From Narcine bancroftii (taxonomy: Eukaryota): a stretch of DNA of 64,000 bases. Within the stretch, counting starts at the first letter, position 1. Each line of letters opens with the position of its first letter. The position numbers were made by a program, and so were the translations under genes. Under the pieces are notes generated by a model that did not search any database, was not told the origin of the DNA, and was given only the letters and a program-made list of their open reading frames with translations. Positions 35,700-48,916 of the stretch are shown here, piece after piece. Location of the stretch: the NCBI RefSeq assembly GCF_036971445.1, contig NC_091477.1:81220001-81284000 (forward strand), written 5' to 3'.

Positions 35700-38600
35700 G
35701 CTTAGTGAAACCACGATCTCTCATACCGGCAAAGAGAGAGGGAGCAATATTTGGTTTTTAGTTAATGGCGGCTGGTCCACAAACACTGGGGTTATGTCAA
35801 TCTCCTGTTCTACTGCCTCAGAGCAACTCTCAATTGAATGCAGACCCTTCTATCTAGCCTGTGAGTTCTCATCAGTGATTCTCACTGGAGTTTATATCCC
35901 TCCTGATGCTGATTACAAACTAACATATGCAGAGCTGCTTGATGTAGTCAGTAAACAAGAAACAGTCCATCCTGATGCAATACAAATCATAGTTTGTGAC
36001 TTTAATTAGGCTTGTTTCAGGAAAATCTTGCCCAAATTTCACTAGCACATAACCTGCTGTACAGAGATCTTAGCACAATTGATCACTGCTATACCAAGAT
36101 TAGGAAGGCAACCATTCTTACAAAAGACTGTATTTTGTCATGTCACATCACCTGGTGGTGCTCCTGCTTGCATACAGACAGAGCCTAAAAAGAGGCTCAA
36201 GAGATCAGGACAGCCAGAAGATGAATGAATTAGGGTTACAGTGCTGCATCAAGCCAGTGGATTGGGCAGAATTCAAGAACTCAGCTGAGGATCTGAATGT
36301 TTAGGCAAGCGCCAATACAGATTTTACCAAAACAGCTGTGGATGAATGTGTCCCTACCAAATCGCTCAAGGTTTTCCTCAACTAGAAACCCTGGTGAACC
36401 ACAAAATCGAGAACCTGCTGAGAGTTGGATCACAAGCATTCAAGCCCAAGATCTAGAAAACTATACAAAGAGCAGGTACAACCTTTGGAAAGACATTTCC
36501 TGGGCAAAGTGGAGATTCCGACGATAATGCAAACATCAAAGGATACCAACAGTTGTGGCAAGGTCTAAATGACAAAACCTGCTACAGAACCAAATCTAGT
36601 AAAGTTGGAGACAGCAAACCTTCACTCCCAGATGAACTCAATCCCTTCTACCCCTGATTTGATCATTAGAATAGGGTAAAACCACTGTGCACCCCCATAA
36701 TCCCTAATGATCCTCTACTGTCAGTATTCAAAGATGACTTGGGAATTGCCTTCAGGAGAGTGAATCCAAGGAAAGCATCCGGCTTGGACAGAGTACTCAG
36801 CCTAGAATCAAAAACCTTTGGTAACAACTGGCCAACCTATTCATGACTATCTTCAACATCTCACTCTGGCAGTGTGTGGTACCCACCTGCTGCAAAATGG
36901 CCTTCATCATTCTGGAGCCCAAAAAGAATGTGGTAACTTGCCTAAATGACTACTGACCCAGTGGCACTCACATCCACAGTGATGATATATTTTGAGAGGC
37001 TGTTGTTGAAGCATATCAGTTCCTGTCTGAACAGTGAAATGGATCCATTACAATTCGCCTATCGCAGCAATAAGTCTATGTCAGATATCATCCCAATGGT
37101 TCAACACAAAACCCTGAATAGGAAAGACTCATACATTGGGATGCTCTTTATCAACTGCAATTCAGCATTCAACACCATCATCCCCCAAAAATTAATCAGT
37201 AAAGTCCAAGAACTGGGCCTCAATACCCCAATGTGTAATTGGATCCTGGATTTCTACACCTTCAGACCCAGGTCAGCATGGATTGTCAAAAACATCTCCA
37301 TAATCTCCCTCACTACCTCAGAGCATTTTAGTCCCCTGCTCTACTTACTTTACATCCATGACTGGGTGGTTTTTTAATACAACAACAACACCATCTACAA
37401 ATTTGCTGATGATACCTTAGTGGGTTGTAAAAAAAAAAGGTGATGAATCAATATGCAGTAGGGAGATTGAAAACTTGTCTGAATGGTGCACTGATGACAA
37501 CCTCACACTCAATGACAAAAACCAAGGAGCTGATTGTTGACTTCAGGAAGAGAAAACCAGATATGTACAATCCAGTGATCACTGGGGGAAATCAGAGGTG
37601 GTGAGGGTGAGCAAAGTTAAATTCCTCAAAGTCACTATCTTAGAGGATGCTTCCTAGATCCACAAGTCATCGAGAAGAGAGCTTATCAGCGCCTCTATTT
37701 CCTCACGAGTTTTGGTATGACTTCTGAAACCATGGCAAATTTCCACAGGTGTGTCATGGAAAGTGTGCTGACTGGCTGCATCATAGTCTGGTACAGAGGC
37801 ACCAATGCCTTTGAATGGAAAGTCCTGAAAAAGGTGGAGAACACAGTCCAGTACATTACAGGCAAAAGTCTCCCCACCATCAAATCTACTTGAAATTCTG
37901 CCATCAGAGAGCAGCAGCAATCATCATTGATCCACACCACCCTAGACGTGCTCTGTTCTTGCTGCTACCATTAGGAAAAAGTACAATTTAAGTACCACAG
38001 GATTTGTATCACCAGGTTTAGGAAGACCTCTCCACCATTAGACTCCTAAACAACAAATTCAGACTCATTTAAGGACTCTTATTTTGCGCATTATTTATTA
38101 CTCAATATTTATTTTTATTTGTAGCATTGCTTGTTTACATTTCTTTCTTTAGCCACTTTCACACTGACACCTTGTCCTAGTAATTAATGGCCAATATACT
38201 AGTTAAAGGGCCAGTGTGAATGCTCGTGAATCAGCACGCAGGTGTCAAATCATCCCTGGGATCATCTGACGCCTTCATGCCAATTAGCCCAGTGTAAAAG
38301 GGACACTGATTATCCAGGGACAAAGTAGTGATGCATTGATAATGTTTTTGATTGAGTGCAGGAACGTGAAGGAAACAAAAGATTAAAAGGTATAAACTTT
38401 GTATTCAACTTACTAAATCCTGATCAATGTATTATGATCTTGTATTTAACCAAAATTAATCATGCCTACAAATTATAACATAATTAAGCATTATGTATAG
38501 CACAATATGAGCCCTTCAGCCCCTGTTATTGTGTCAACCGAAATAAACCTTTGTAAATTTATAAAGGACCATAGGAAAGTAGTAACGGCAATAAAACAGA

Positions 38601-39160
38601 CACACAATTTATAAAGATCGCGGGAAAGTCACAGCAGGGATGAAATACATACACACAGCGAAATGGATACATACAACAATCAAGGATAGATACATATATG
38701 TGGGAGAGAAAGAGAGACAGAGAGGGGGAGAGAAACAGAGTGTGATGGTGGACCTGCCCTCCCAGAATTCTGTGCAGCAGAGAAAGGGCTGTATGCATGG
38801 ACCACTCATGCAGGGGTTTCTCTGCCATCACTCAGACGTCACCAGTGGAGGATATGCACCCCTCTCCCCGAGGATGCCTGATGGTGAGTGTGAAAGGACG
38901 CAGAGAACCAGTTAACAGTGGTCCAGTATTAAAAGCAAAAAAAAATCTTTAACCAGTTCTTTGAACTGCCAATTTATAGGTTAGCCAGTGTGTAAAGGGC
39001 TTTTGTTTACATTTTTCTCTTTTTTATATGCATTTTTTCTTGAGCACAGATTTTTGCACTACTGATAAGTAGAAATTCTGCCTGGGCTGCAGGGAAAAAA
39101 AGAATGTGAGGGTTGTCTGTGATGTCATGCATGTACTCTGTCAACACATTTGAACTTTGA
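35700..39160 (+). mobile_element. Rex1/Babar LINE (EN+RT, decayed) with a MITE in its 3' UTR
   Basis: IECRPFYL..EFSSVILTGVYIPP..DFN, PVALTS, DPLQFAYR, KFADDT; TTTGAA-type tail near 39150. Confidence 0.85.
38151..39001 (-). mobile_element. PIF/Harbinger-like element, family 1 copy 2
   Basis: TIRs AGCCACTTTCACACTG and CCAGTGTGTAAAGGGCT, TSD TTT/TTT; arms homologous to 16659-17516 in reverse orientation. Confidence 0.8.
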
Positions 39161-39239
39161 AATAGACAAGGAGTCCAAAATCAAGTTAATCCCATTCCAG
39201 AATTCTGCAGATTACTGTTCTTTAATATAATTTTAAAAA

Positions 39240-39700
39240 TGAGGAGGAAAAGTGGGTGATTCAGCTCCTCATACCTGATCCCCTATCTATATGATTGCTG
39301 ATATTTTACTTCAGTTCTCTTTTCTTCCATTAACCCCATTTTCCTTCATATTCAAAAACCTATTGATCTCCATCTTGAGCACATTCTGAAACTGAGCCAT
39401 TACACATACAGGGTGATAAATCCATTGAATTCATTGTCTTAGGTAGTGAACTTCAAAGATTCACCCTCTAAGAGGTTTCTCCTTATTTTTGTTCTGAATA
39501 GCCAATCGTTTATTTAAAGGTTGAGTTTCGGAACCCCCAGCCAGGGAAAATATCATGTTATGCTGGCAATTTGTACATTTTAAAACAATCACCTCTCATT
39601 CTTTTAAGATCTTCTGAGCACAGGTTCAGCCTGTTTGATCTCTCATCATACAACAAATCTTCCATTTCTGGAATCACTCTAGTGAACATTTATAGATGTA
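39240..39700 (-). mobile_element. Old CR1 3' fragment
   Basis: ATCACCTCTCATTCTT..CTGTTTGATCTCTCATCATA..GGAATCACTCTAGTGAAC is the reverse complement of a CR1 ORF2 end; similar decayed CR1 pieces at ~41000-41250 and ~50770-51420. Confidence 0.55.
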
Positions 39701-41934
39701 GGCTGGTTCTGCTTTCTCCCTGTACCTCTATCTTTACAGTTCAAATGTCTTGGTCTCTGCATTGAATATATTCAGGTCCCCTCCATAAGGAGGTCGAGAA
39801 ATGCATTGTCATGAGCCTAAGAGATGAAATTTCTTTCCATTGCTGCCTTAAATGGGTTTATTTTAATTTTTAATCAAAACTTCCTTGTTGGAGATATTCT
39901 ATCCCTTCCTTTATTGTAATATAATTCCTTAGATAAGGAGATCAAGTATGTCGACAAGCAGGTTCCTACATAATTTTACTCAAATCCCTTGCAACAACAG
40001 CTAACATTCACTTTCCTCATTGTTTGTTGAACCCGGACATTAGCTCATGAAAGTGCTGTGTTCCAGATCTCTCAGGTCTCCTGATATTTCATCATTTAAA
40101 AAACTCTACATTTCAATTGTTTACACCAAAATGGGTAAGTGCATAACTTTCCATGCAAATCTGGCATATCCTTGTCCACACATCTATCTTGCTACATTAT
40201 CCTCAAGCCTCACGGCATCCCCTACTCTGTTATACTCAATTTCTTCATCACATTCATCATATAGATGATGAATAGCTGGGGCCCAAATACTGATCTTTGA
40301 ATCTACCTCTTCTTTGGTGATCTCTTTGAAGTGAGGATAATCTATTTTCATTCTTGCTTTCTGAATTGTCAAGTGGCGAATAAGGTTAGTGGGAAAAATT
40401 GTACTCTTCCATATTTGGGGCATGCCACAGCAGATGGCTACTTTGTGGGATTTCCCCCTCTGTCTGTTGCTGACACAATGTTTTATCTTCTGCTAATGTT
40501 TAGCCGAAGTTCTCAATATCATCCTGAAAGCTCCTCCTCCTCCGCTCAATCATAAGTTTGTGGCTCCCAGGAGTTGCTAGGAATGAGGCATTTCAAGGAA
40601 ATTTTAGTATATCCTTAAACCTTCTTCACAGCTTACCTGATAATAGAGACCATGTTTTGAGAATCTGAAATAGTATCCAACTGAACAAAGCCTCCCAAAT
40701 TAAAAATAACTTTTTCTGCCTGTAACCAATCCAGAATTCAAACATATGCATTGCGCCCAATACCACACACTCTAATTTGCATTTTATTGAAGGTCTTATG
40801 CAGTTAAAATACATAATTACTTGCCCCTTTCTATTCTGCTAGTTATTTCAAATGAAGATTGTCCTTTCTTTAATCTATTCCAATATTCATTTTCTTACCT
40901 CTAACTTAAAGTAAAATGTTCTAGACCACAGCACTTCAGCAAAATAACATTTTCTCAAATTTCTTCATCTTCCCATCAAACAACAAATCTCTGTCTGTTA
41001 TTAGTTCCCTGCTAAGGAAATAAATATTTTTTGCTTTCCCTCTCCAGGTCTCTCATCTTTGGACACACCAATTAAATAACAACAGTCTCCTCTGTTCTGA
41101 GGACCACTCCTTAAATTCTAAATTCTCCAGCCTTGGAAACATTCTCAAATCTCTTCTGCATATTCTCTCAACATTTATCACATCGTTCTTGGGCTGTGGT
41201 GACCAATACTGCACATCGTACTCTAGCTGTGACCTAATTATGTTTTACCTATTCTGACAATGACCTCCCACTCATTAATTCAATGCCTCCATACAATGCC
41301 TTTTCCTGAGGCAGGTGATAGGGAGATCCTTCTGCATTTACCTCAGTTAACTATTTCTCTTTTACTGACCATGTATGAAAATCCCATATATTCAGTACAA
41401 CAGACATGTGATATTCATCACACTCGAAATTCAGGAAAAGTTAAGTGACAATTCCACTGCATCAACAAACAAAATGATGGAGGAACACAGCAGGTCAAGC
41501 ACCATCCATGGAAGGCAACAGATTGCCAAATTTCAGGTTTAACCCTTCATTAGCAATACACTGTCAACCTTAGAAAAGCTTTCCACTCTATCAACCAAGT
41601 TGGTATGATGGAAATATTCAAATTTGGCTGTGCTCAGAAGTTTAACAGTACTGTACATCTACTCCATTATGACACAAGCAATAACTCAAAGGGCTACCAC
41701 GGACAAGTACAGTCAGATCAATTAGCAGAGTTCATCACCCTTTTCTCTATTTTCCTTGCTGTAAAACAAGGTTCCTAGCCAAGAGTGCAGCAAATTGTTC
41801 AACCAACATTGTTTCCACCCAGAACCAAGATTATTTTAAACTATCAATTTAGAGCATGCAAACAACTCTTGAATATAAACACATTTGTAGACTGACATTA
41901 CTGACTCTTAAATAAAATACGAGTCTTATACCAA

Positions 41935-44900
41935 AGCCCTTTTTATAGAGTGACACTGCATTGAAGCCGGCTCAATGAGGAAAAAAAAAAGGACATCCCT
42001 TTTAAGGTGAAGGTCTACAAAGCTGATTGTGGTGTACTGTTAGCCAGAATCAGACACACACAAGGTAAAGACTGGACAACAGACTTTAATCCACAAAGAC
42101 TTCCACAGAGCCAGGCTGGCTGTGGCTGCAGCAACTCTGAGTGAGGCCTCAGGAGGCCGGCGCAGGCTTATATCCCGGTGGGTGATTGACACTCGACTGG
42201 GTGGGGCTTGATCCATTCAGGCCGATTGATTGACAGCACCCGTAGTGCTGCAGGTATAGAGGTTGCCCCCTGCAGTAGGCCGGTGGTGTACCACCACATT
42301 CACCCCCTTCTTTAAAATTGTCCTGGGGAGGGGGGAGGGCAGCAACAAGGAATCGCACCCACTATGTACATACAATATTTACAGGTTGAGACGATTGGGC
42401 GGCCGCTGGGGTCTCTGTGACCGTCGTAGGACTGGCTCCTGGTCACTGGTCAGATGGGAACTGGGGGGGGGGGGGGGGAGGGGCTGGCAGCAGGGGTGTG
42501 TGGCTGGTCGTATTGGATGGGTGGGGGGGCCGGTTCATCTTGTAAGGCTGAAGTGGGCCACTGGCGGTCAAGGAGGCCCTGTGTGCCCCATAGCTGCCTG
42601 GGGACAGGGATGTATGCCCAGTCAGCGTTGAGTTGGAGGGTGGTGTGGTGTGTGCTCCTGCTGGTGACAGGTCCCTGGTTGAGACGGTGTCCTCCCTGCC
42701 ACTGCTGAACCCAACGTAAGCATAGTTATGGTTTGCATGAAGGAGGAAAATCTGCTCTACCAGGGCTTCAGCCTTGTGTGTCCGTACATGCTTACGCAGA
42801 AGCACCGATCCCGGGGATGTGAGCCATGCTGGGAATGTCATTCCAGTCGCCGACCTCCTGGGGAATGAGAACAGGCATTCGTGAGGGGTCTTGTTGGTAG
42901 CCAAACACAGCAGTGACCGAATGGCACGGAGTGCCTCGGGCAGGGCGTCCTGCTAGTACTCAACGGCCCACCCTTTTGACTTGAGAGCCAGGAGGACTGC
43001 CTTCCAGACTACCCAATTCTCACGTTCCACTTGCCCGTTGCCTCTTGGGTTATAGCTTGTCGTGCGACTGGTCGCAATGCCCCTCGCCATCAGGTACTGG
43101 TGCAGCTCGTCACTCATGAAACTAGACCCCTGGTTGTTGTGGATGAAGGTGGAGTAGCCAAACAGTGAAAATCTGCCCCAAGGCCCTGATGACGGTATCC
43201 GTGGAGGTGTCCGGACAAGGGATGGCGAAAGGGAAGCATGAATACTCGTCCACTACCGTGAGGAAGTAGACGTTTCGGTTCATGGAAGGCAGGGGCCCTT
43301 TGAAGTCCATGACAAGATGCTTGAAAGGCCGAGTAGCATTTACAACGTGGGCTTGGGTGGGGGGGGGGGGGGGGGGGGGCTGAAGAAGCGGGGTTTGCAC
43401 TCCGCACAGACCGACAGGCCTCGGTCATGTCCCTGACGGTGTACGGCAGATTTCAGGACTTAAAGAAATGGTACAACCAGGTGACGCCAGGATGGCAGAG
43501 AGAGAGACTAAAAATGCCTGCAACCTGTCATCATGAATAGCTGTATTCATGCTGTAGGTTGCCAACTGGACTCTCCAGTGCAGGATCTTGTCTTTCTTGA
43601 TCTTGCTCTTGTGGGTAGTGTTAAACATGGTCTGTGAGGAGCGTGAATCTCCTGCCGGCCAGGTAGTGGCGCCAGTGGCAGACCGCTTCCACAATTGCCT
43701 GGGCCTCCTCTTCAATGGCTGAGTTCCCTAGCTTGGAGCCGTGGGGGGTCCTGGAGAAGAAGGCGACGGGGCGTCCCCTTTGGTTGCGGGTAGCAGCGAG
43801 AGCCACCTCGGAGGTATTGCTCTCCACCTGGAAGGGGAGTCTTCATCCACAGCCTGCATTGTGGCATCCGCGATGTCTTGCCTGATGCAGGTGAAGGCTG
43901 CCTGTGCCTCAGGTGGGAGGGGAAAAAGTTGTGGCTTGAGCCAGAGGGCGGACTTTGCCCGAGAAGCAAGGAACCCACTGCGAATAATAAGAGAACAGGC
44001 CCAGGAACCTGCGGAGGGCCTTTAGCTTGAGGGGGGTGGAGGGGTAACTCCATTAATGGGCGCATCCTTTCTGGATCTGGGCCTACGAATCCATGGGCCA
44101 CGATGTATCCCAGGATGGCAAGTGGGTGGTGCTGAACACACACTTCTCCTTGTTGTAAGTGAGGTTCAGCTCCGTGGCCATCTGGAGGAATTTTTCCAGG
44201 TTAGCATCGTGGTCCTGCTGGTCACGGCCACAGATAGTGACGTTATCCAGATATGGAAACGTCACCTTCAGCTTGTGCCGGTCCACCATGTGATCCATCA
44301 CCCGCTGGAAGACAGAGACCCCGTTCGTGACCTCAAAAGGAACGTGGCGGAACTGGTACAGGCACCCGTCTGCCTCAAAGGCAATGTAGGGCTTGACCTT
44401 CGGGTGGATAGGAATTTGGTGATACGCAAACTTCAGGTCAATCGTGGAGAAAACCCGGTAGTGGGCTATCTCATTGACCATGTCGGTGATCCTTGGCAGG
44501 AGGTAGGCATCCAGCTGGGTGTACCGATTAATGGTCTGGCTGTAATCCACAACTATCCTCGGCTTACTTTCCTCTTTGACCACCAGGACTTGGGCTCTCC
44601 AAGGGCTGTTACTGGGCTCTATAACGCCTTCCGCAGGAGTCGCTGCTCCTCCGCCTTGATGAAGTCCCTGCCTGCAGTGCAATAGCGCCTACTTCTGGCG
44701 GCAATTGGCTTGCAGCCTAGCACAAGATGTGGAAAGAGTGCCAGTGGGGTGATGCGTAGTGTGGAGAGGCCGCTGGTTGGCCGGGGCTGGTAGGTTGGCG
44801 AGCTTTGCAATGTGAGTGGAGGTTGGGGTAAGGGTGACACTCTGCAGGTGGCACTGGAAATCCAGGCCCAGGAGGAGTGGTGCGCAGAGTTTGGGCATGG

Positions 44901-47494
44901 CCAAGAGCCTGAATCCTGTGTAAGTCTCCCCTCCCAACGTTATATCGACCGAGGAGCACCAACAGTCTTATCCTTGGCGGCGAGGGCGATCGAGCAGGTA
45001 GTGGGGTGGACCTTTAACCTTAGAGAGCGGGCCACGCTCAGGTGAATGAAGCTCACAGTGCTGCCACTGTCCAACAGGCACTTTGTTACCTGCCCATTGA
45101 CTCGCACGTCCATCATCGAGCGCCCGAGGTCGTGGGGAATGTCCCTGGTCAGCGTGGTGGCAGCCAGGAGCGTCTCGGAGTTGTCACTATCCGGAGGGGT
45201 GGGGAGTGTCAATAGGGCGGCCTGGTCATCGCCCGTGTTGACCACGTCGTTCTCAATGTCGTCGGGGGCCCTCCACGTCGGGTGCTATTGGCCCAAGATG
45301 GTGGGACATGTGGGGGGACGCTGCATGGCTGGCCTCCTTCCCCAGTTGTGTCCGCTGCACTGCGGGAAATGACTTCATCACGGCTGGCGACAGTGACGTA
45401 GTTACGTCAGTCAGAAGTAATGTCACGCCATGAGCTGGAAGTGATGTCGCTGTAGTTCTCAGTGAGCAGTGCCAGCGAGGGCGGGGGCTGGTGCAGATAC
45501 TCAGGGCACATGCTGTGACGGTCGCTGGTGGGGCCGGATGTTGCGTGGTCCAAGTCGGTGAAGGGGGAAGTCGTCGCGGGGACAATGGCGCCGCCCGGCA
45601 CGCACACATAGGGGGGTCCGCAGGGGAGGACATAGAAGACCGCTGAGCTGCCGGCAGGTTTACAGAGGCACACTTTTGCAAAGTGGTCTTTCTTGCCGCA
45701 TTGGGAACAATACTGGTTGCTAGCTGGGCAGTTTTGGCACGATCGTCAATCTGACCCACACCAGGACCCACAGTACTTACAGGGACGCCGGGTGCCTGCC
45801 GCAGCTACGTTCTCCTCCCCAGCTTCGCTTGGGGCTGCAGCTGGAGTGTGAGAAGCCCATGAGGGAGCCTGGGAGAACTTGGAATCGAAGGTTTTGACGT
45901 GCAGGGCTGCTGCTTCCATGGTTTGGACCACTTCCACAGTCCTGGTTAGGGCATAGATGTTGTCTTCCAGCAGCTTCTGCCGGATGGCCCTCGAGCATAG
46001 CCCTCAGATGAAGGTGTCCCAGATCAGCCTCTCAACCTCCTCTACACCTACCCCAGGTTCAGCTAGACATGGTCGGGCCAACTCTCGCAAGTGTCTCAGG
46101 TAAGACTCAGCCATCTCCCCGGGTTGCTGGGCTTGGATGTTGAGGAAGTACATTGATGGGGGGCTTGTACAAGTTCTCGAGAGTGTCCATTGCGCTCTTG
46201 TACGTAGAACAGCCTTTGGTTACCTGGAAGGCGCGGGGACCCGCTTTGAATGGAGTAGGACCAACCTCTTCTGATTGGAGTCCAGGATGTCGACCTCGTC
46301 TGCCTTGACCATGTACTGCCAGATCTCGAAGCATGACTGGGCTTCCGGGTGGTGTGGGTAAACCTTGAGGCTCCCTGAGCGCAGGAGTTTTTCCATAGCC
46401 ACCGTGGGAAAATTTGTGGATTAAATTGTGGTGCGCTGTTAGCCAAAATCAGACACGCACAAAGTAGACTGTACAACAGGCTTTAATCCACAAAGACTTC
46501 CACAGAGCAAGGCTAGCTGTGGCTGCAGCAACTCTGAGTGAGGCCTCGGGAGGCCGGCGCAGGCTTATATCCCGGAGGGTGATTGACACCCAACCGGGTG
46601 GGGCTTGATCCATTCAGGCTGACTGATTGACAACCGGCCAGGTGTTGTCCTGTCTTCTTACACTCCTGAAGGTACAGAGGTTGTCCTCTGCAGTAGGCCG
46701 GTGGTGTACCACCACACTGATCCAGTGTTGCCTTTATGGAAAGCAGCTTTGGAAGCCATCCTCCAGAGCTGAGGGAGGTGGGCGAGTGGTGCAGTAGTGC
46801 TGCCTGTCGACATGACATCAAACATATGCACCAAGCAATGGCCATCTTTGTTACCCATAATCCCCCATGCAGCTGACATTGCTCTGTCAGTGCCAGGGCC
46901 AGGGAAATGAAGAGCAATTTCAGCTGCGTGGGGGATTATGGGTAATGAAGACAGCCATTGATCCCGCATTAAAGGAAAAAGAGGTTCTCGTTATAAAACC
47001 TGAGGCTCCTTCTTCCAATCTTCTGCCCAGCATTTACAGGTGGCAGCTTGAGTTATTTGAGGTCATTTCACTTTTGTAATCAATCTGATTTTCTGCTGTT
47101 TGTGGTATTTAATGTGCTCTTGGGTATTTTAATAAAACGTGATCAACACTGAAATCAAGGCTGAGCTCCACAGTGGGACACATATGCATGGCCCTCGGTC
47201 TCTCCATAATCAGCAGCACACTAGGCTGTGACACCCCGAGCTATTCCCAGCACCAGTGAGAGCCCTGGATGGTGGCTCCTGGGTCACAGGCTGACTGCAT
47301 AATTGTGACATCATTAGCCTGCCCCTTTACAGCCACTTGCAGCTGCACTGCCTTTATGGAGGAGTGCACCCTCAGGACAGATCGGAGTTCGCGTGTAGAA
47401 TCCACCCTCTGAGCTTTAATGAAGATAAGTTAAGCAATGTAAAGGCAGAGAATATCCGCATTTACACTTGCTATTTTCTCACTATAAAAAGGCC
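41935..47494 (+). mobile_element. Harbinger-like family 2 element split by Gypsy B
   Basis: TIRs AGCCCTTTTTATAG and CTATAAAAAGGCC; the halves (41935-42027, 46717-47494) are collinear with 18030-18638. Confidence 0.65.
42028..46716 (-). mobile_element. Gypsy LTR retrotransposon B (decayed; YLDN lineage)
   Basis: 5' LTR 46427-46716, 3' LTR 42028-42298; perfect 5-bp TSD CTGAT; PPT AAAGAAGGGGGTGAA; gag MEKLLR; PR LLDSGSTVSF; RT SPWRAQV..IDLKFAYHQIP..FPYLDNVTICG; RH GRPVAFFSRT; IN MDFKGPLP..VDEYS. Confidence 0.95.
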
Positions 47495-47538
47495 GTAAAA
47501 TATCACAAAGAAAGGACCACTTCTAGTCTACCATGTTG

Positions 47539-48916
47539 TCTTCTTCTTCTTTGGCTTGGCTTCGCGGACGAAGATTTATGGAGGGGGTAAAAAGTCCACG
47601 TCAGCTGCAGGCTCGTTTGTGGCTGACAAGTCCGATGCGGGACAGGCAGACACGATTGCAGCGGTTGCAAGGGGAAATTGGTTGGTTGGGGTTGGGTGTT
47701 GGGTTTTTCCTCCTTTGCCTTTTGTCAGTGAGGTGGGCTCTGCGGTCTTCTTCAAAGGAGGTTGCTGCCCGCCAAACTGTGAGGCGCCAAGATGCACGGT
47801 TTGAGGCGTTATCAGCCCACTGGCGGTGGTCAATGTGGCAGGCACCAAGAGATTTCTTTAGGCAGTCCTTGTACCTTTTCTTTGGTGCACCTCTGTCACG
47901 GTGGCCAGTGGAGAGCTCGCCATATAACACGATCTTGGGAAGGCGATGGTCCTCCATTCTGGAGACGTGACCCATCCAGCGCAGCTGGATCTTCAGCAGC
48001 GTGGACTCGATGCTGTCGACCTCTGCCATCTCGAGTACTTCGACGTTAGGGGTGTAAGCGCTCCAATGGATGTTGAGGATGGAGCGGAGATAACGCTGGT
48101 GGAAGCGTTCTAGGAGCCGTAGGTGGTGCCGGTAGATGACCCATGATTCGGAGCCGAACAGGAGTGTGGGTATGACAACGGCTCTGTATACGCTTATCTT
48201 TGTGAGGTTTTTCAGTTGGTTGTTTTTCCAGACTCTTTTGTGTAGTCTTCCAAAGGCGCTATTTGCCTTGGCGAGTCTGTTGTCTATCTCATTGTCGATC
48301 CTTGCATCTGATGAAATGGTGCAGCCGAGATAGGTAAACTGGTTGACCGTTTTGAGTTTTGTGTGCCCGATGGAGATGTGGGGGGGCTGGTAGTCATGGT
48401 GGGGAGCTGGCTGATGGAGGACCTCAGTTTTCTTCAGGCTGACTTCCAGGCCAAACATTTTGGCAGTTTCCGCAAAGCAGGATGTCAAGCGCTTTAGAGC
48501 TGGCTCTGAATGGGCAACTAAAGCGGCATCATCTGCAAAGAGTAGTTCACGGACAAGTTTCTCTTGTGTCTTGGTGTGAGCTTGCAGGCGCCTCAGATTG
48601 AAGAGACTGCCATCCGTGCGGTACCGGATGTAAACAGCGTCTTCATTGTTGGGGTCTTTCATGGCTTGGTTCAGCATCATGCTGAAGAAGATTGAAAAGA
48701 GGGTTGGTGCGAGAACACAGCCTTGCTTCACGCCATTGTTAATGGAGAAGGGTTCAGAGAGCTCATTGCTGTATCTGACCCGACCTTGTTGGTTTTCGTG
48801 CAGTTGGATAATCATGTTGAGGAACTTTGGGGGACATCCGATGCGCTCTAGTATTTGCCAAAGCCCTTTCCTGCTCACGGTGTCGAAGGCTTTGGTGAGG
48901 TCAACAAAGGTGATGT
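47539..48916 (-). mobile_element. RTE LINE, 5'-truncated, with open RT reading frame (ORF 47601-~48915)
   Basis: FVDLTKAFDTV, GVKQGCVLAP, LLFADD, C-terminal C2H2-like motif; (GAA)n tail; nearly identical to 11437-12238. Confidence 0.95.

Noticed and set aside
43359-43379. Long G/C homopolymers (also ~625-639, 7671-7689, 14031-14050, 42463-42478) as functional frameshift or G4 signals
   Set aside because: They interrupt dead coding sequence at pre-existing short runs; slippage or sequencing homopolymer error is more likely
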